Shown: positions 28,908 to 38,923, numbered from the stretch's first letter. The stretch: 64,000 bases of DNA from a candidate division FCPU426 bacterium (GCA_963719085.1 CAVRAL010000004.1:608001-672000), one strand, 5' to 3'. Notes: generated by a model not told the origin, from the sequence alone. Translations and numbers: made by a program.

Positions 28908-29291
28908 TCAGCCGACATAAGCATCGGCCTCGATCTCCACCAGCATTTCGGGATCGATTAATTTGGAAACCTCGACGATGGCCATGGCGGGCCGAATCTC
29001 GCCAAATATCTCGCCGTGGGCCCGGCCGTATTTTTCCCACTCGCTGATCTTGGTCACGTAAAGACGGGTGCGCACCACGTCTTTAAAAGAGGCTCCGGCT
29101 TTGGCCAAAGCTTCCCCGATCGTCTTAAGCGCCAGCTGGGTCTGGACATAAGGATCCGGCGCGAATTTGCCGTCCGGGCCCGCGCCCGTGGTTCCGGACA
29201 CATGGATCATATTGCCCGCCTTCACCGCCCTTGAATAACCCAGAATGGGCTCCCACTTCGAGCCCGTACTGATGTTCTCACGTTTCGACAT
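28908..29291 (-). CDS. RidA/YjgF/UK114-family protein
   Basis: WE...[29 protein letters not shown]. Confidence 0.92.
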   Translation of the reverse strand: MSKRENISTGSKWEPILGYSRAVKAGNMIHVSGTTGAGPDGKFAPDPYVQTQLALKTIGEALAKAGASFKDVVRTRLYVTKISEWEKYGRAHGEIFGEIRPAMAIVEVSKLIDPEMLVEIEADAYVG

Positions 29292-29343
29292 GCCTTGCTC
29301 CTTCGGATAATGAAAGTTTTCTAATGCTCGACTGAGGCGTTTG

Positions 29344-29403
29344 TAGTGAGGAGTGATGAGTTAAAAGTCTGGATTTCAACTTCTAACTTCGAACTCCTAA
29401 CTA
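29344..29403. repeat. Inverted heptamer-repeat element
   Basis: AGTnnnn x3 on the left; ACTnnnA x3 on the right forms the complementary arm. Confidence 0.7.
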
Positions 29404-29407
29404 GCTT

Positions 29408-29728
29408 TTAGGAGGCTCCCGTCTTGCGGGGCGCGTTGACCTGTTTGGTCAGATGGGCTCCCGGGGCGTGAGGCTTGGGCGCCCCGGTGCGCTCGTGGGA
29501 ATGGCCATGGCCGTGCGGATGATCGTGTCCGGAATGGTCATGCCCTTCGTGGTCATGGCCCTCGGCCTTCACCTTCTCGGCCGCTTCGGCGTTGATCTTG
29601 GTTAAGGCCTCGCTCTTGGCCTTTTCATCGGCTTCCAGGTGGCATTTCTTGTATTTTTTCTTGGACCCACAGGGACAGTCGTCGTTGCGCCCGGTTTTCA
29701 GTCTTGTCTGCCAGTCTTGATCCGCCAT
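29408..29728 (-). CDS. SEC-C motif protein with His-rich segment
   Basis: GRNDDCPCGSKKKYKKCH; HDHEGHDHSGHDHPHGHGHSH; AAGGAG SD. Confidence 0.85.
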   Translation of the reverse strand: MADQDWQTRLKTGRNDDCPCGSKKKYKKCHLEADEKAKSEALTKINAEAAEKVKAEGHDHEGHDHSGHDHPHGHGHSHERTGAPKPHAPGAHLTKQVNAPRKTGAS

Positions 29729-29754
29729 GATTGACTCCTTCGTTCAACTCGTCG

Positions 29755-31425
29755 TTATTTTTTGGAACCGCTCTTGGCCGCGTCCTTGGCCCGTTTGGCT
29801 TCCAGCGCCTGGAAATCCAGGAAGTCGGCGTAGTTGCCTTTGAAATCATAAAAAGTACCGTCGGGCCTGAGCTCGAAAATCCGGTTGGCCACCTTGGAAA
29901 TAAGGTCCTGGTCATGGCTGGAAAAAACCACCGTGCCCGTGTATTCGGCCAAAGACGTGCTCAGTGACTCGATAGATTCCAAATCCATGTGGTTGGTGGG
30001 CTCGTCCATAATCAATACATTCGCCCCCTCCAGCATGAGCCGGGACAAAACCATGCGCTGACACTCGCCCCCCGAAAGCACCTTCACGCTCTTGTCCTGC
30101 TCCTCGCCGGAAAAAAGCATGCGGCCCAGCATACCCCGGATGACCTGGCCTTCTTCCATCGGCGCGAACTGCCGCAGCCATTCCAAGGCCGTCATATCGC
30201 TGGTGAGCTCTTCCTTCACATCCTGGGGCATGCTGGAAAGTTTGACCGTGCTTCCCCAGGTAATGGTTCCCTCGTCGATCGTCAGCCCCCATTGAGCCAG
30301 CGTCGAGCCTTCAGCCTTATAAGACCCGGCCAGGCATTTGATCAAGGTGGTTTTTCCGATACCGTTGGGCCCGATGATGGCGACCTTGTCGCCGTTGCCC
30401 ACGATCAAGCTGATCTTGTTGAGGACCTTCAAGTCGCCGTAACTTTTGCTGATGCTTTTCACGTTGAGGATATCTTTGCCCGCTCCTTGTTTTTCCTTAA
30501 AGAAGAGACGCGGATACTGCCGGGTCGTGGGAATAATTTCTTCCAGCTCGATCTTTTCCAACAACCGGGCCCGGCTGGTGGCTTGGGCGCTTTTGCTGGC
30601 GTTGGCCGAGAAGCGGGCCACGAAAGCCTTCAGCTCGCCGATTTGTTTTTCTTTACGGGCGTTTTCCGTCATCTTGGCGTCCATGACTTGCTTGGAAGCC
30701 TGCATGAAATAATCATAGTTGCCGGTGTAGATGGTCACCTTTTGGCGGTCCACGTCGGCGATATGGGTGCAGATGTGGTTGATGAAATGGCGGTCATGGC
30801 TGATGGCGATGATGGTGCCTTCGTAGCTGTTCAGGTAATCTTCCAACCAATCAATGGTTTTAATATCCAGGTTGTTGGTGGGTTCATCGAGGAGCAGCAC
30901 GTCGGGCTTGGCGTAAAGCACTTGGGCCAAGAGCACCCGCACCTTCCAACCGCCGGTGAGCTGCTTCATTTTCCAATCGTGCTTGGCCGTGTCGATGCCT
31001 AATCCCTCCAAAAGCTCGCCCGCTCCCGCGGCGATGGTATAGCCGTCCATATCCCCGAACTCGGCTTCCAGCTCGGCGGCCCGCAGTCCCTCGTCATGGC
31101 TCATCTCGGCTTTAGCGTAAAGCGCGTCTTTCTCCTGCTGGATTTTCCAAAGATTTTCCCGGCCCATGAGGACCGTGTCGATGACGCTGAACTCGTCGAA
31201 GGCGTATTGATCCTGTTTGAGCATGGCCACCTTGACGCCGCGGTCAATGACGATCTCGCCCTCGTCGGCCTTGATTTGACCGGCCAAAATTTTCATGAAG
31301 GTGGACTTGCCCGCGCCGTTGGCCCCGATCAACCCGTAACAATAGCCCGGATTAAATTTGACCGTGACATGGTCGAAAAGTACTTTTTTACCGAAATGAA
31401 GGGAAATATCTTGAGCCGAAATCAT
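29755..31425 (-). CDS. ABC-F family ATPase (YbiT-like)
   Basis: Two ABC domains (GANGAGKST, GPNGIGKTT), LLDEPTN, RFSANASKS.QATSR linker, no TM segment. Confidence 0.92.
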   Translation of the reverse strand: MISAQDISLHFGKKVLFDHVTVKFNPGYCYGLIGANGAGKSTFMKILAGQIKADEGEIVIDRGVKVAMLKQDQYAFDEFSVIDTVLMGRENLWKIQQEKDALYAKAEMSHDEGLRAAELEAEFGDMDGYTIAAGAGELLEGLGIDTAKHDWKMKQLTGGWKVRVLLAQVLYAKPDVLLLDEPTNNLDIKTIDWLEDYLNSYEGTIIAISHDRHFINHICTHIADVDRQKVTIYTGNYDYFMQASKQVMDAKMTENARKEKQIGELKAFVARFSANASKSAQATSRARLLEKIELEEIIPTTRQYPRLFFKEKQGAGKDILNVKSISKSYGDLKVLNKISLIVGNGDKVAIIGPNGIGKTTLIKCLAGSYKAEGSTLAQWGLTIDEGTITWGSTVKLSSMPQDVKEELTSDMTALEWLRQFAPMEEGQVIRGMLGRMLFSGEEQDKSVKVLSGGECQRMVLSRLMLEGANVLIMDEPTNHMDLESIESLSTSLAEYTGTVVFSSHDQDLISKVANRIFELRPDGTFYDFKGNYADFLDFQALEAKRAKDAAKSGSKK

Positions 31426-31521
31426 GAAACACCTTTAACAAGGCCCCTTTTTAGGGCATGGGATGAGAGAAGCGCAATTGTCGAATGATTTGAGGGGGGA
31501 GTCAAGGGCCGAATCAGGGGC

Positions 31522-33615
31522 TTAAGGCCTCGGGGGCGCCTGGCCTAAAGCCAAGTTCAGCCCGGATTGGGCCTCTTCGTATTGGGGATCTTGCTTTAAG
31601 GCGGCCCGAAAAGCGCTCAAAGCGCCTGGACGGTCCCCTTTCCTTAAAAGAAGGCTCCCCAGTTTGAAATAAAGCTGGGCCGCCGGGTATCCCTGCTTGA
31701 TGGCTTGGCGCAGCGCGTCGAGATGATCCTCCCAGTGGGTCTGATAGGAATAGTCATAATCAAACTCACCCCTTCGTTCCCAATAGCAAGCTTCTAAAAA
31801 ACGGTCTTGCGGGATCAGGGGAGGCGGATTTTCAAAATCCTTTTGAGCCCGCTCGTAACTTTCCGGGTTGTTGATATCGCAAAGATCCTCGCTTAAGCGC
31901 CGGAAATAGGCGTGGGCGCCAAGCCAGCGCGTAAGCCGGGGAAGGTTTTGCGCGTTGTTAGGGATCACTCCCAAGACGAACCCCTTGTCGAAAGGCGTCC
32001 CCTGGTCCATCCAGTACCACTGGGAACCCGGGAATCCCGGTGAGACAAAAGGATAATAATGGGGATCGATCAACAAGGCGCTCCAGCCAACGGAGGCGGT
32101 GGCGGACGATGGGTCCCAGGTCTTGTTAAAATCATGGGTCATCACCCCCAGCGTCTCGTCCGGATGGGCGAGAAACTCGGTAAAGATCCACCCCGGCCCG
32201 GAAGTTTCGGAAAAATTTTTCAATATTTGATAAGTCCTCCAATGTTCCGCCTCCACCGGATCCTTGGAATAGTCCAGCGCGCGTGACCGCTCGACCCGGG
32301 AAACATCGAGACCCGCTGATAAAAGAAAAAGAACGGCCAGAAAAACCGGCCGGGAGGGGCCGGGTATGGCTCGGGCCAATCGAAGGAAGCCGAAGACACA
32401 AAGGACCGCCAACACCGGGATGATCTGAACAACGCGGAAGGGCTCGGTCCCCATCGAAAGCATGCCGGGAAGGAGGAATAAAAAGAAGGTCAAGGCGAGA
32501 ACCCGGTCGACTGGCCCGCGCGACTTGACGCATTGGGCCGCGCCGATGAAAAAGAAAGCGTCTTCCAAAGGGTTTAAAAATCCGCCTAAAGGGGGCGCGT
32601 AAGTGGTGATGGGCGCCAGGCTTCCCCAAAATAAAACGGTCACGTAAGAAAGCGAGGCCGTTATTTTTTGCCCCCAGGGAATCCAAGGGTCCAAAATCGA
32701 CATGGCCTGGATATGCTGGCCGTACCCTTCGTGATAAACGGCTAAGCCAAACGGAATGAGCGCGGCTCCAAAAGCCGCTCCCAGCGGCACCCAATATTCC
32801 CTCAAGACCTTGCCCCGGAAAAAATCAAAAACTAAAAGCAGGCTCACCCAAACCACCACGATCGGCCAGGGCGTATAGGTCCAAAATCCCGTTCCTAAAA
32901 GAATCCCTAAAAAAATAGCCGCCCGGCGTTTGGCCCCGCGCGTTGAGGAATTCAAAAGTTTCCCTAAATAAAAAACACATCCCAAAAACCACAGGGGAAC
33001 CCAGATTCCCTCACAGCAGGCCCGGCCCAAGGAAAAAGGCCAATAGTTGAACGTCAACCAAACCGCCACCAACCCGGCTGTGGTTTTTGAAAAAAATTGG
33101 CGGGCCGCCAGAAACCCCGCCGCCGGGATCAGCAGGGAAACTATCGCCGAAGGCAGCCAAAGACTGAGCCAGGGATTGACGCCGCCCTTAAACAGCGCCG
33201 CCGCGGCCCAGATGGACAAAGGGGGGATTTGGCCGAACGTGTGAAAGATATGCCAATTCCACTGGCGCGATAATTCCAGGGCGTATAACCCGGACATCCC
33301 CTCCTCGTCATTGGGCCATGGAACTAAATTTTCCAACCGGTAGAACCGGGAAAAAACGGCCAAAAAGAGCGTCCCCAAAAGAAACCAGAGGGGCAACCGC
33401 CCTTCGGTCGAATCCAGAGCGCCCTTTCGAGTCCCTTCGCCGCCGCGAATGAGCCAAATCAAGGGGCCGATGATCCCGGCCAAGATCAGCCCGACGCGCG
33501 CCGCCGCCGGCAACCCGGGCTGGGAAAGAAAATAATTTGAAAATACCAAAAGAACAAAGACGGCGCCCAGACTGGCACGGCTTGTCGAGGCTATGGCGCT
33601 TTTGTTTTTTTTCAC
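31522..33615 (-). CDS. GT-C-fold membrane glycosyltransferase-like protein with C-terminal TPR
   Basis: RFYRL..WPNDEE loop, many TM helices, TPR (YFKLGSLL..ALKQDP); GTG start overlaps the upstream stop (GTGA). Confidence 0.7.
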   Translation of the reverse strand: MKKNKSAIASTSRASLGAVFVLLVFSNYFLSQPGLPAAARVGLILAGIIGPLIWLIRGGEGTRKGALDSTEGRLPLWFLLGTLFLAVFSRFYRLENLVPWPNDEEGMSGLYALELSRQWNWHIFHTFGQIPPLSIWAAAALFKGGVNPWLSLWLPSAIVSLLIPAAGFLAARQFFSKTTAGLVAVWLTFNYWPFSLGRACCEGIWVPLWFLGCVFYLGKLLNSSTRGAKRRAAIFLGILLGTGFWTYTPWPIVVVWVSLLLVFDFFRGKVLREYWVPLGAAFGAALIPFGLAVYHEGYGQHIQAMSILDPWIPWGQKITASLSYVTVLFWGSLAPITTYAPPLGGFLNPLEDAFFFIGAAQCVKSRGPVDRVLALTFFLFLLPGMLSMGTEPFRVVQIIPVLAVLCVFGFLRLARAIPGPSRPVFLAVLFLLSAGLDVSRVERSRALDYSKDPVEAEHWRTYQILKNFSETSGPGWIFTEFLAHPDETLGVMTHDFNKTWDPSSATASVGWSALLIDPHYYPFVSPGFPGSQWYWMDQGTPFDKGFVLGVIPNNAQNLPRLTRWLGAHAYFRRLSEDLCDINNPESYERAQKDFENPPPLIPQDRFLEACYWERRGEFDYDYSYQTHWEDHLDALRQAIKQGYPAAQLYFKLGSLLLRKGDRPGALSAFRAALKQDPQYEEAQSGLNLALGQAPPRP

Positions 33616-34322
33616 TTTTTTCTTTCCAACCGCCGCTCCACCCAACCCATGATCAGCGCCAAGGCCAATGTGATTCCCGCCAGGGCTCCGATCAAGGCCC
33701 AAGGGGCTTGATGTTCCCGGACGCCGCGCAAAAGGGCGTGGGCGCTGAGGACGAAAAAAACCGTGCTGGGCAGGGTGCAAAGGCAGGACCAAAATAGATA
33801 TTCCCAAAACTTAACCCGGGTCAAACCGAAGGCGTAATTGAGCACGCTAAAAGGCGTCAAGGGCATCAGCCTGAGCATGGCCACGATCCAAGCGCCGTGC
33901 TTCTCCGTCATCTTATCCAATTTTCGGAACCGCGGGCTTTGTGAAGCCCACCGGTCAAGATCCCCACGGGCGTAATAACGGGCGATGAGAAACGTCACGG
34001 CGGACCCCAAGGTGGCTCCCAGCGTGGCCGCGATGACCGCCGTCACGGTTTTAAAAAAAAGTCCGGCGATTAAGGTCATGGCCGAACCCGGCAGGGCCAG
34101 AATGACTCCCCCAGCGAAAAACAAACTGTAGACGACCGGCCCCCAAGCCCCCAGGGAACGGATCCAATGATGGAGATCCCGAAACCGATCCTCCAGGTGC
34201 AAAAGCCGGCCCAGGACCAAAAGAATCCCGATCGCCAAAAACAGGAGCGTTGGTTTAACCCATCGGAGGACCCTTCGCGTCTTAGTTTTCCGCGGTTTCG
34301 CACGCTTGGGTCTAGATTTCAT
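33612..34322 (-). CDS. TVP38/TMEM64 (DedA/VTT-family) membrane protein
   Basis: LPGS..TL.AG..F, F.IARY, LRLMP..PF..LNY.FGLT. Confidence 0.9.
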   Translation of the reverse strand: MKSRPKRAKPRKTKTRRVLRWVKPTLLFLAIGILLVLGRLLHLEDRFRDLHHWIRSLGAWGPVVYSLFFAGGVILALPGSAMTLIAGLFFKTVTAVIAATLGATLGSAVTFLIARYYARGDLDRWASQSPRFRKLDKMTEKHGAWIVAMLRLMPLTPFSVLNYAFGLTRVKFWEYLFWSCLCTLPSTVFFVLSAHALLRGVREHQAPWALIGALAGITLALALIMGWVERRLERKK

Positions 34323-36987
34323 TCTCGTGGTCATGCCCTTCCAAAAGTTTGGCCACCAGGGCCGTCCATCCGGTCTGATGGGAGGCGCCCAATCCCTCGC
34401 CGTTGTCCCCGTGGAAATATTCGTAAAACAAAACCAAATCCTTCCAAGCCGGGTCCTGCGCGTAACGCGCTTCGGTTCCATGGCAGGGCCGGACACCCTT
34501 GTCATCCGGCAGGAAAAGACCGGTCACCCGGTCCGAGATAAAAACAGCGACTTCTTTAAGCGTTTTAAAATTCCCCGAACCCGTAGGACACTCCACCTTG
34601 AACTCATCGCCGTAAAAATGATCGTAGCGTTCCAACGCCTCAATAAGCAAATAATTGATCGGCATCCAAACCGGGCCCCGCCAATTGGAATTGCCGCCGA
34701 AAAGCCCCGTGCGGGATTCCCCCGGCTCATAATCGACCCGATGGTCCTTCCCGTTCAACTCCAACGTGTAGGGATGGTCCTGATGGTATTTGGAAAGCAT
34801 CCGGATGCCGTGAGGGGATAAAAACTCGTTCTCATCTAACACGTAACGCAAAACCCGGACCAGTTTCTCTCGAGAAGGCACGGCCAAAAGATAGCGTCCC
34901 TGGCCTTTTCCCCCTTGGTCTCGGTGAAGGATGGAGCGGGCCTCTTCGGGCTTGTGCGCCATGAACCATTTCATGCGTTTATAAAATTCCGGAAGTCTTT
35001 CCAGCGTTTCCTCTTCCAGAATTTCCACCGCGAAAAGCGGGATTAAGCCCACCGCCGAGCGCACCCGCAAAGGAATGCAGGTTCCATTGACCAGCAGTTG
35101 GTCGTAATAAAAACCGTCTTGCTCGTCCCACAGGCCCGATCCGCCCAGCGTGTTGATGGCGTGCACGATGCTGAGATAATGCTCGAAAAATTTGGTGGCC
35201 ATATCCTCGGTGGCCGTGTTTTCCATGGAAAGTTCCAATGCCATCGAAAGCAGGGTGCCGCAATAAAAGGCCATCCAAGCCGTGCCGTCGGCTTGTTCCA
35301 GCGTTTCTCCCGCGGCCAACTGGCCCCGGTCGAAAACCCCGATGTTGTCCAACCCGAGAAATCCTCCGGAAAAAAGATTTTTTCCTTCCGAGTCCTTGCG
35401 GTTCACCCACCAAGTGAAATTAAGAAGCAGTTTTTGAAAGACCCGGGACAAAAAAATCCGGTCCCGCGAGCCCTTAGGGGCGCTCATCTTATAAACCCGC
35501 CAAGCGGCCCAGGCCTGCAGGGGGGGATTCACGTCGGAGAAGGCGAATTCATAAGCGGGAATTTGGCCGTTGGGGTGCATGTACCATTCGCGAAGAAGCA
35601 AAACCAACTGGTGTTTGGCGAAAAAGGGATCCAGGTGTGCGAAAGGGATCATATGAAACGCCAAGTCCCAGGCCGCGAACCAGGGATATTCCCATTTGTC
35701 CGGCATGGATAAAATATCCTCGGCCCCAAAATGCTCCCAATCCCGGTTGCGGCCTTTTTTACGCCCCTCATCCACCGGCGGCTGGGAAGGATCGCCTTCC
35801 AACCATTGCTTCACGAAATAGTTGTAGTACTGTTTGGACCAAAGAAGCCCGGCGTAAGCCTGCTCCGCCACGGCTCTTTGGGGCGGGGGCAAATCCGGGG
35901 ATATTTTGAGGTCATAGTAAACCTTGGTTTCTTTTTCCCGGGTCTCGAACAATTGGTCAAACTCAGGGCCAAAGGCCGGCGCCTGGTCATTTTTGGAAAA
36001 CCGGAATTTGAGGACTTCCAGCCCGCCGGCGGGAATTTGAAGCGCGTAATAAAAAGCCGCCTTGGTGCCCTGGCCGGGATGGACCGCTTCTTTGCGGCCG
36101 CCAACGACATAGTCGTGAAACGCGTCCTTCACGTAAGGCGAAAGGTTGTCGCTGTCAAAAAGCTTTTTGAAATTCGTCTCGTTTTCCGTGAAAAGCAATT
36201 GCTCCGGCGCCCGTTCGGCTTTCAAAAACATCGGTCCCAAAAAAGGATGGTTCACGGCGAATCCCGGTGCCCCGGCCGGCCGAGTGATGAGCGATTTGGG
36301 CCAATCATGCTCGCCGTGGCGGCCCCAGCTCCAGGTGTTTTTGAGCCAAAGGCTGGGAAGCAAATGGAGCGCGGCGGCGTCCGGCCCCCGGTTGATCACG
36401 CTCAAGCGGATCAGGATATCGTCCGGGCCCGCCTTCGCGTATTCCACAAAGACGTCAAAGTAGCGGTTTTCGTTGAAGACGCCCGTGTCCAGAAGCTCAA
36501 ATTCCCCTTGGTCTTTTCCGCGCTTGGCGTTTTCTTCCACCAAACGCGCGTAAGGAAATTCGGCCTGGGGATATTTATAAAGCGCCTTCATATAAGCGTG
36601 GGAGGGCGCGGACGAAAGATAGTAATAGCATTCCTTGACGTCCTCGCCGTGATTGCCCTCGTTGCCGTTCAGGCCAAAAAGCCTTTCTTTGAGGATGGGA
36701 TCCTTGCCGTTCCAAAGCGCGGGCGCGAAACAAATCAGCCCCTTGCTGTCCGAAAACCCCAAAAGGCCGTCTTCCCCCCAACGGTAGGCCCGGCTTCGGG
36801 CATGGTCATGCGGAAAATAATCCCAGCAGGTACCGTTGGGCGAGTAATCCTCCCGCACGGTTCCCCATTGGCGCTCGGAAAGATAGGGGCCCCATTTTTT
36901 CCAGGGATGGTTGCCCTCCACAAAAAGTGAAAGCCGTTGGCTTTCGGGGTCTTGTGGGTTGGGATCGGGCATGGGCGGGTTACTCAA
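34312..36987 (-). CDS. GH63/MGH1-like glucosidase
   Basis: WGPYLSERQWGTVREDYS, MPDKWEYPWFAAWDLAFH, GGNSNWRGPVW, YEYFHGD.G.GLGASHQTGWT. Confidence 0.92.
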   Translation of the reverse strand: MSNPPMPDPNPQDPESQRLSLFVEGNHPWKKWGPYLSERQWGTVREDYSPNGTCWDYFPHDHARSRAYRWGEDGLLGFSDSKGLICFAPALWNGKDPILKERLFGLNGNEGNHGEDVKECYYYLSSAPSHAYMKALYKYPQAEFPYARLVEENAKRGKDQGEFELLDTGVFNENRYFDVFVEYAKAGPDDILIRLSVINRGPDAAALHLLPSLWLKNTWSWGRHGEHDWPKSLITRPAGAPGFAVNHPFLGPMFLKAERAPEQLLFTENETNFKKLFDSDNLSPYVKDAFHDYVVGGRKEAVHPGQGTKAAFYYALQIPAGGLEVLKFRFSKNDQAPAFGPEFDQLFETREKETKVYYDLKISPDLPPPQRAVAEQAYAGLLWSKQYYNYFVKQWLEGDPSQPPVDEGRKKGRNRDWEHFGAEDILSMPDKWEYPWFAAWDLAFHMIPFAHLDPFFAKHQLVLLLREWYMHPNGQIPAYEFAFSDVNPPLQAWAAWRVYKMSAPKGSRDRIFLSRVFQKLLLNFTWWVNRKDSEGKNLFSGGFLGLDNIGVFDRGQLAAGETLEQADGTAWMAFYCGTLLSMALELSMENTATEDMATKFFEHYLSIVHAINTLGGSGLWDEQDGFYYDQLLVNGTCIPLRVRSAVGLIPLFAVEILEEETLERLPEFYKRMKWFMAHKPEEARSILHRDQGGKGQGRYLLAVPSREKLVRVLRYVLDENEFLSPHGIRMLSKYHQDHPYTLELNGKDHRVDYEPGESRTGLFGGNSNWRGPVWMPINYLLIEALERYDHFYGDEFKVECPTGSGNFKTLKEVAVFISDRVTGLFLPDDKGVRPCHGTEARYAQDPAWKDLVLFYEYFHGDNGEGLGASHQTGWTALVAKLLEGHDHENEI

Positions 36988-38104
36988 AACTAACGATATT
37001 TTTAATGCCGCCGGGATCGCCCAAAAGAAGATCCTTAAACTTTTCCGGCGCGAACCGGCCCGTGATCAAACTTTCGGGCGCCCCGGGCCAAAGGCTTTGA
37101 AAAAGCCCCAGGTCCGCGATGGCTTTGCCGTAATCCTGCTTTCCCGCGTTGACGGTTCCGAAAACCACTTGGTTCTTCAGGACTTGGTCCCGCATTAAAA
37201 GATCCGTATCCACCTCAATGGGGGCTTTGCGGCCCGGCACCCCGGTAAAAATAAAAACCCCGTTGGTGCCCAGATATTTCATCATCTCATAGGAAAGCCG
37301 GGAAGCGCCGGTGGCCTCATAAACCAAATCCACGTTCCCCACCTGGGCGCTGAAAGCCTCTAAAGAAGTCACGGCGCCGGACACGAATGTCGCGCCGATC
37401 TGTTGGGTCAAGAGCGCCTTCGGGCTGTCCAAGCTTTCTTTGGAATAAACATAAGTATTAAAATCGAGGGACCGTAAAAGCATGGCGCCCAAAAGCCCCA
37501 CGGGCCCGGCCCCCAAAACCACGGCATTGTGGCAATGCCCCCGCTTCAGCTTGGATCCGGGCGCTTGGACATGGGCGCAGTCCCAGGGCAGGCGGCTTTG
37601 AATTTGCCACATCTGTTCCAAGCCCTTTTCGGCGATGGTCAGGGGTTCGGCTAAAACCGCGATGGCCCTTAAGCTTTCGGGAACCAGGTTCATATATTTT
37701 TCATCGTCCACGACTTTTTCCGTCATGAAGCCGTTCAGGCCGTTAATGCCGCGCTCTTTAAACCCGCCGGTCAGGCAAAAATCCTGGCGTCCCGCGGCAC
37801 AGGGCCCGCATTCGGGCCGGCCGCAAGGGCGGCGCACCACCATGACCACCAAATCCCCGACCTTCAGGGATTTCACCTGCGGCCCCACTTCCACCACCCG
37901 GCCCAGGGACTCATGACCGATGATAAGAAAGTCGCTGCCCGCCGGGGGTGTGCCATACTCAAAAGTACAAATTTCTTTGTCGGTGCCGCAAACCCCGATA
38001 TCGAGCATCTTGAGTTTGACGTCCGTGGGGCCCTTGAGCGCGGGCTCGGGCGCGTCAATCAGTTGAACCTGTTTTTTAGGGGGATAAACCGCGATGGCTT
38101 TCAT
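36980..38104 (-). CDS. Zn-dependent glucose 1-dehydrogenase (MDR family, archaeal type)
   Basis: GVCGTD.EI, GHES.G, VRRPC...C..C......C, GAGPVG, VLKN..FGTVNA. Confidence 0.85.
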   Translation of the reverse strand: MKAIAVYPPKKQVQLIDAPEPALKGPTDVKLKMLDIGVCGTDKEICTFEYGTPPAGSDFLIIGHESLGRVVEVGPQVKSLKVGDLVVMVVRRPCGRPECGPCAAGRQDFCLTGGFKERGINGLNGFMTEKVVDDEKYMNLVPESLRAIAVLAEPLTIAEKGLEQMWQIQSRLPWDCAHVQAPGSKLKRGHCHNAVVLGAGPVGLLGAMLLRSLDFNTYVYSKESLDSPKALLTQQIGATFVSGAVTSLEAFSAQVGNVDLVYEATGASRLSYEMMKYLGTNGVFIFTGVPGRKAPIEVDTDLLMRDQVLKNQVVFGTVNAGKQDYGKAIADLGLFQSLWPGAPESLITGRFAPEKFKDLLLGDPGGIKNIVSFE

Positions 38105-38113
38105 CGACACCTC

Positions 38114-38923
38114 TTATCTTGAATTTAATTCCGCGTCATTCAGGACTCCGTTATCCTCTAAATACCGCAAAGAAAAAATCTTTGTGTTCACCAAATAATC
38201 CCGGTCCTTCGATTTCACGTGCTGGCTGACGAAATTAAGAACGGCTTTTTGGGAAGGGTCCAGAAAGCCGAAGCGGTTTGTCCCGCCATAAAGTTTGACG
38301 AAGCTTTGCTCGTGCTTTTGAAGGATCGCCGAGAGAAAAACAATATTGCGCTCGCGGTCAATCCGGAAGTGCTCGGGAACCCGGAAAAAAAGCCAAGCCT
38401 GCTCTTCCAAAACGGAATCCAACTGGGCCCCATAATAAGGCCGCGGCCGCAAAGCGGGGCCGGCCTGATCCGCCTTGACCAGGGCCAGGCAGGCCCGGGG
38501 TTCTTCCAAGGGAGGCTCGAAAATTTTGCGCTCCAGCTGTTCCAAGTTTATTTTTCCCTCCAACAGGGGAAAAGGAGCCCCCTCCCATCCGCTCACCTCT
38601 TCCAACTGGCTTAAGGGATAATGATCCACCACGGTTTGAATGACGCGCGCGTTATAAACATTGATGTAAAAAGCCGTTTGGTCTTTGGGTTTCCACTGGG
38701 CGAATAAAGCGGGCGGAAAAGTCTCGAACCGGGTCAACACCTGATCCAGCAAAGCCCGATGGGCCTTCAGCGCTGAATAACGCACCGCGCCTTGAGGGTT
38801 GAGCGCGGCGTGCAGGACCTTCTCATAATTCTCATAAAAATGTAAAGGCACCCCCGCCGCCCGGGAAGGGAGGGGACAGCTCAGGATTAGAAAAAAAGCG
38901 ATCAAGTTTCGGACAGCGCCCAT
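38114..38923 (-). CDS. DUF547-domain exported protein
   Basis: G.VRY..L, AFYIN.YNA, EPR...AL......P.L, LS.I; signal peptide. Confidence 0.8.
   Translation of the reverse strand: MGAVRNLIAFFLILSCPLPSRAAGVPLHFYENYEKVLHAALNPQGAVRYSALKAHRALLDQVLTRFETFPPALFAQWKPKDQTAFYINVYNARVIQTVVDHYPLSQLEEVSGWEGAPFPLLEGKINLEQLERKIFEPPLEEPRACLALVKADQAGPALRPRPYYGAQLDSVLEEQAWLFFRVPEHFRIDRERNIVFLSAILQKHEQSFVKLYGGTNRFGFLDPSQKAVLNFVSQHVKSKDRDYLVNTKIFSLRYLEDNGVLNDAELNSR

Noticed and set aside
31452..31460. Minimal uORF (ATG CCC TAA, minus strand) in the ABC-F leader
   Set aside because: No SD or attenuator structure; expected by chance
33616..33807. Long N-terminal extensions in the ORF track (also 23411-23473, 34323-34505, 42041-42106, 51684-51806, 61243-61422)
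   Set aside because: They overlap neighbouring genes or promoters; downstream starts with SD or stop-start overlap fit better
35731..36930. 399-aa plus-strand ORF (likewise 20549-21496, 29989-31002 and 45884-46690)
   Set aside because: Antisense shadows of well-supported genes
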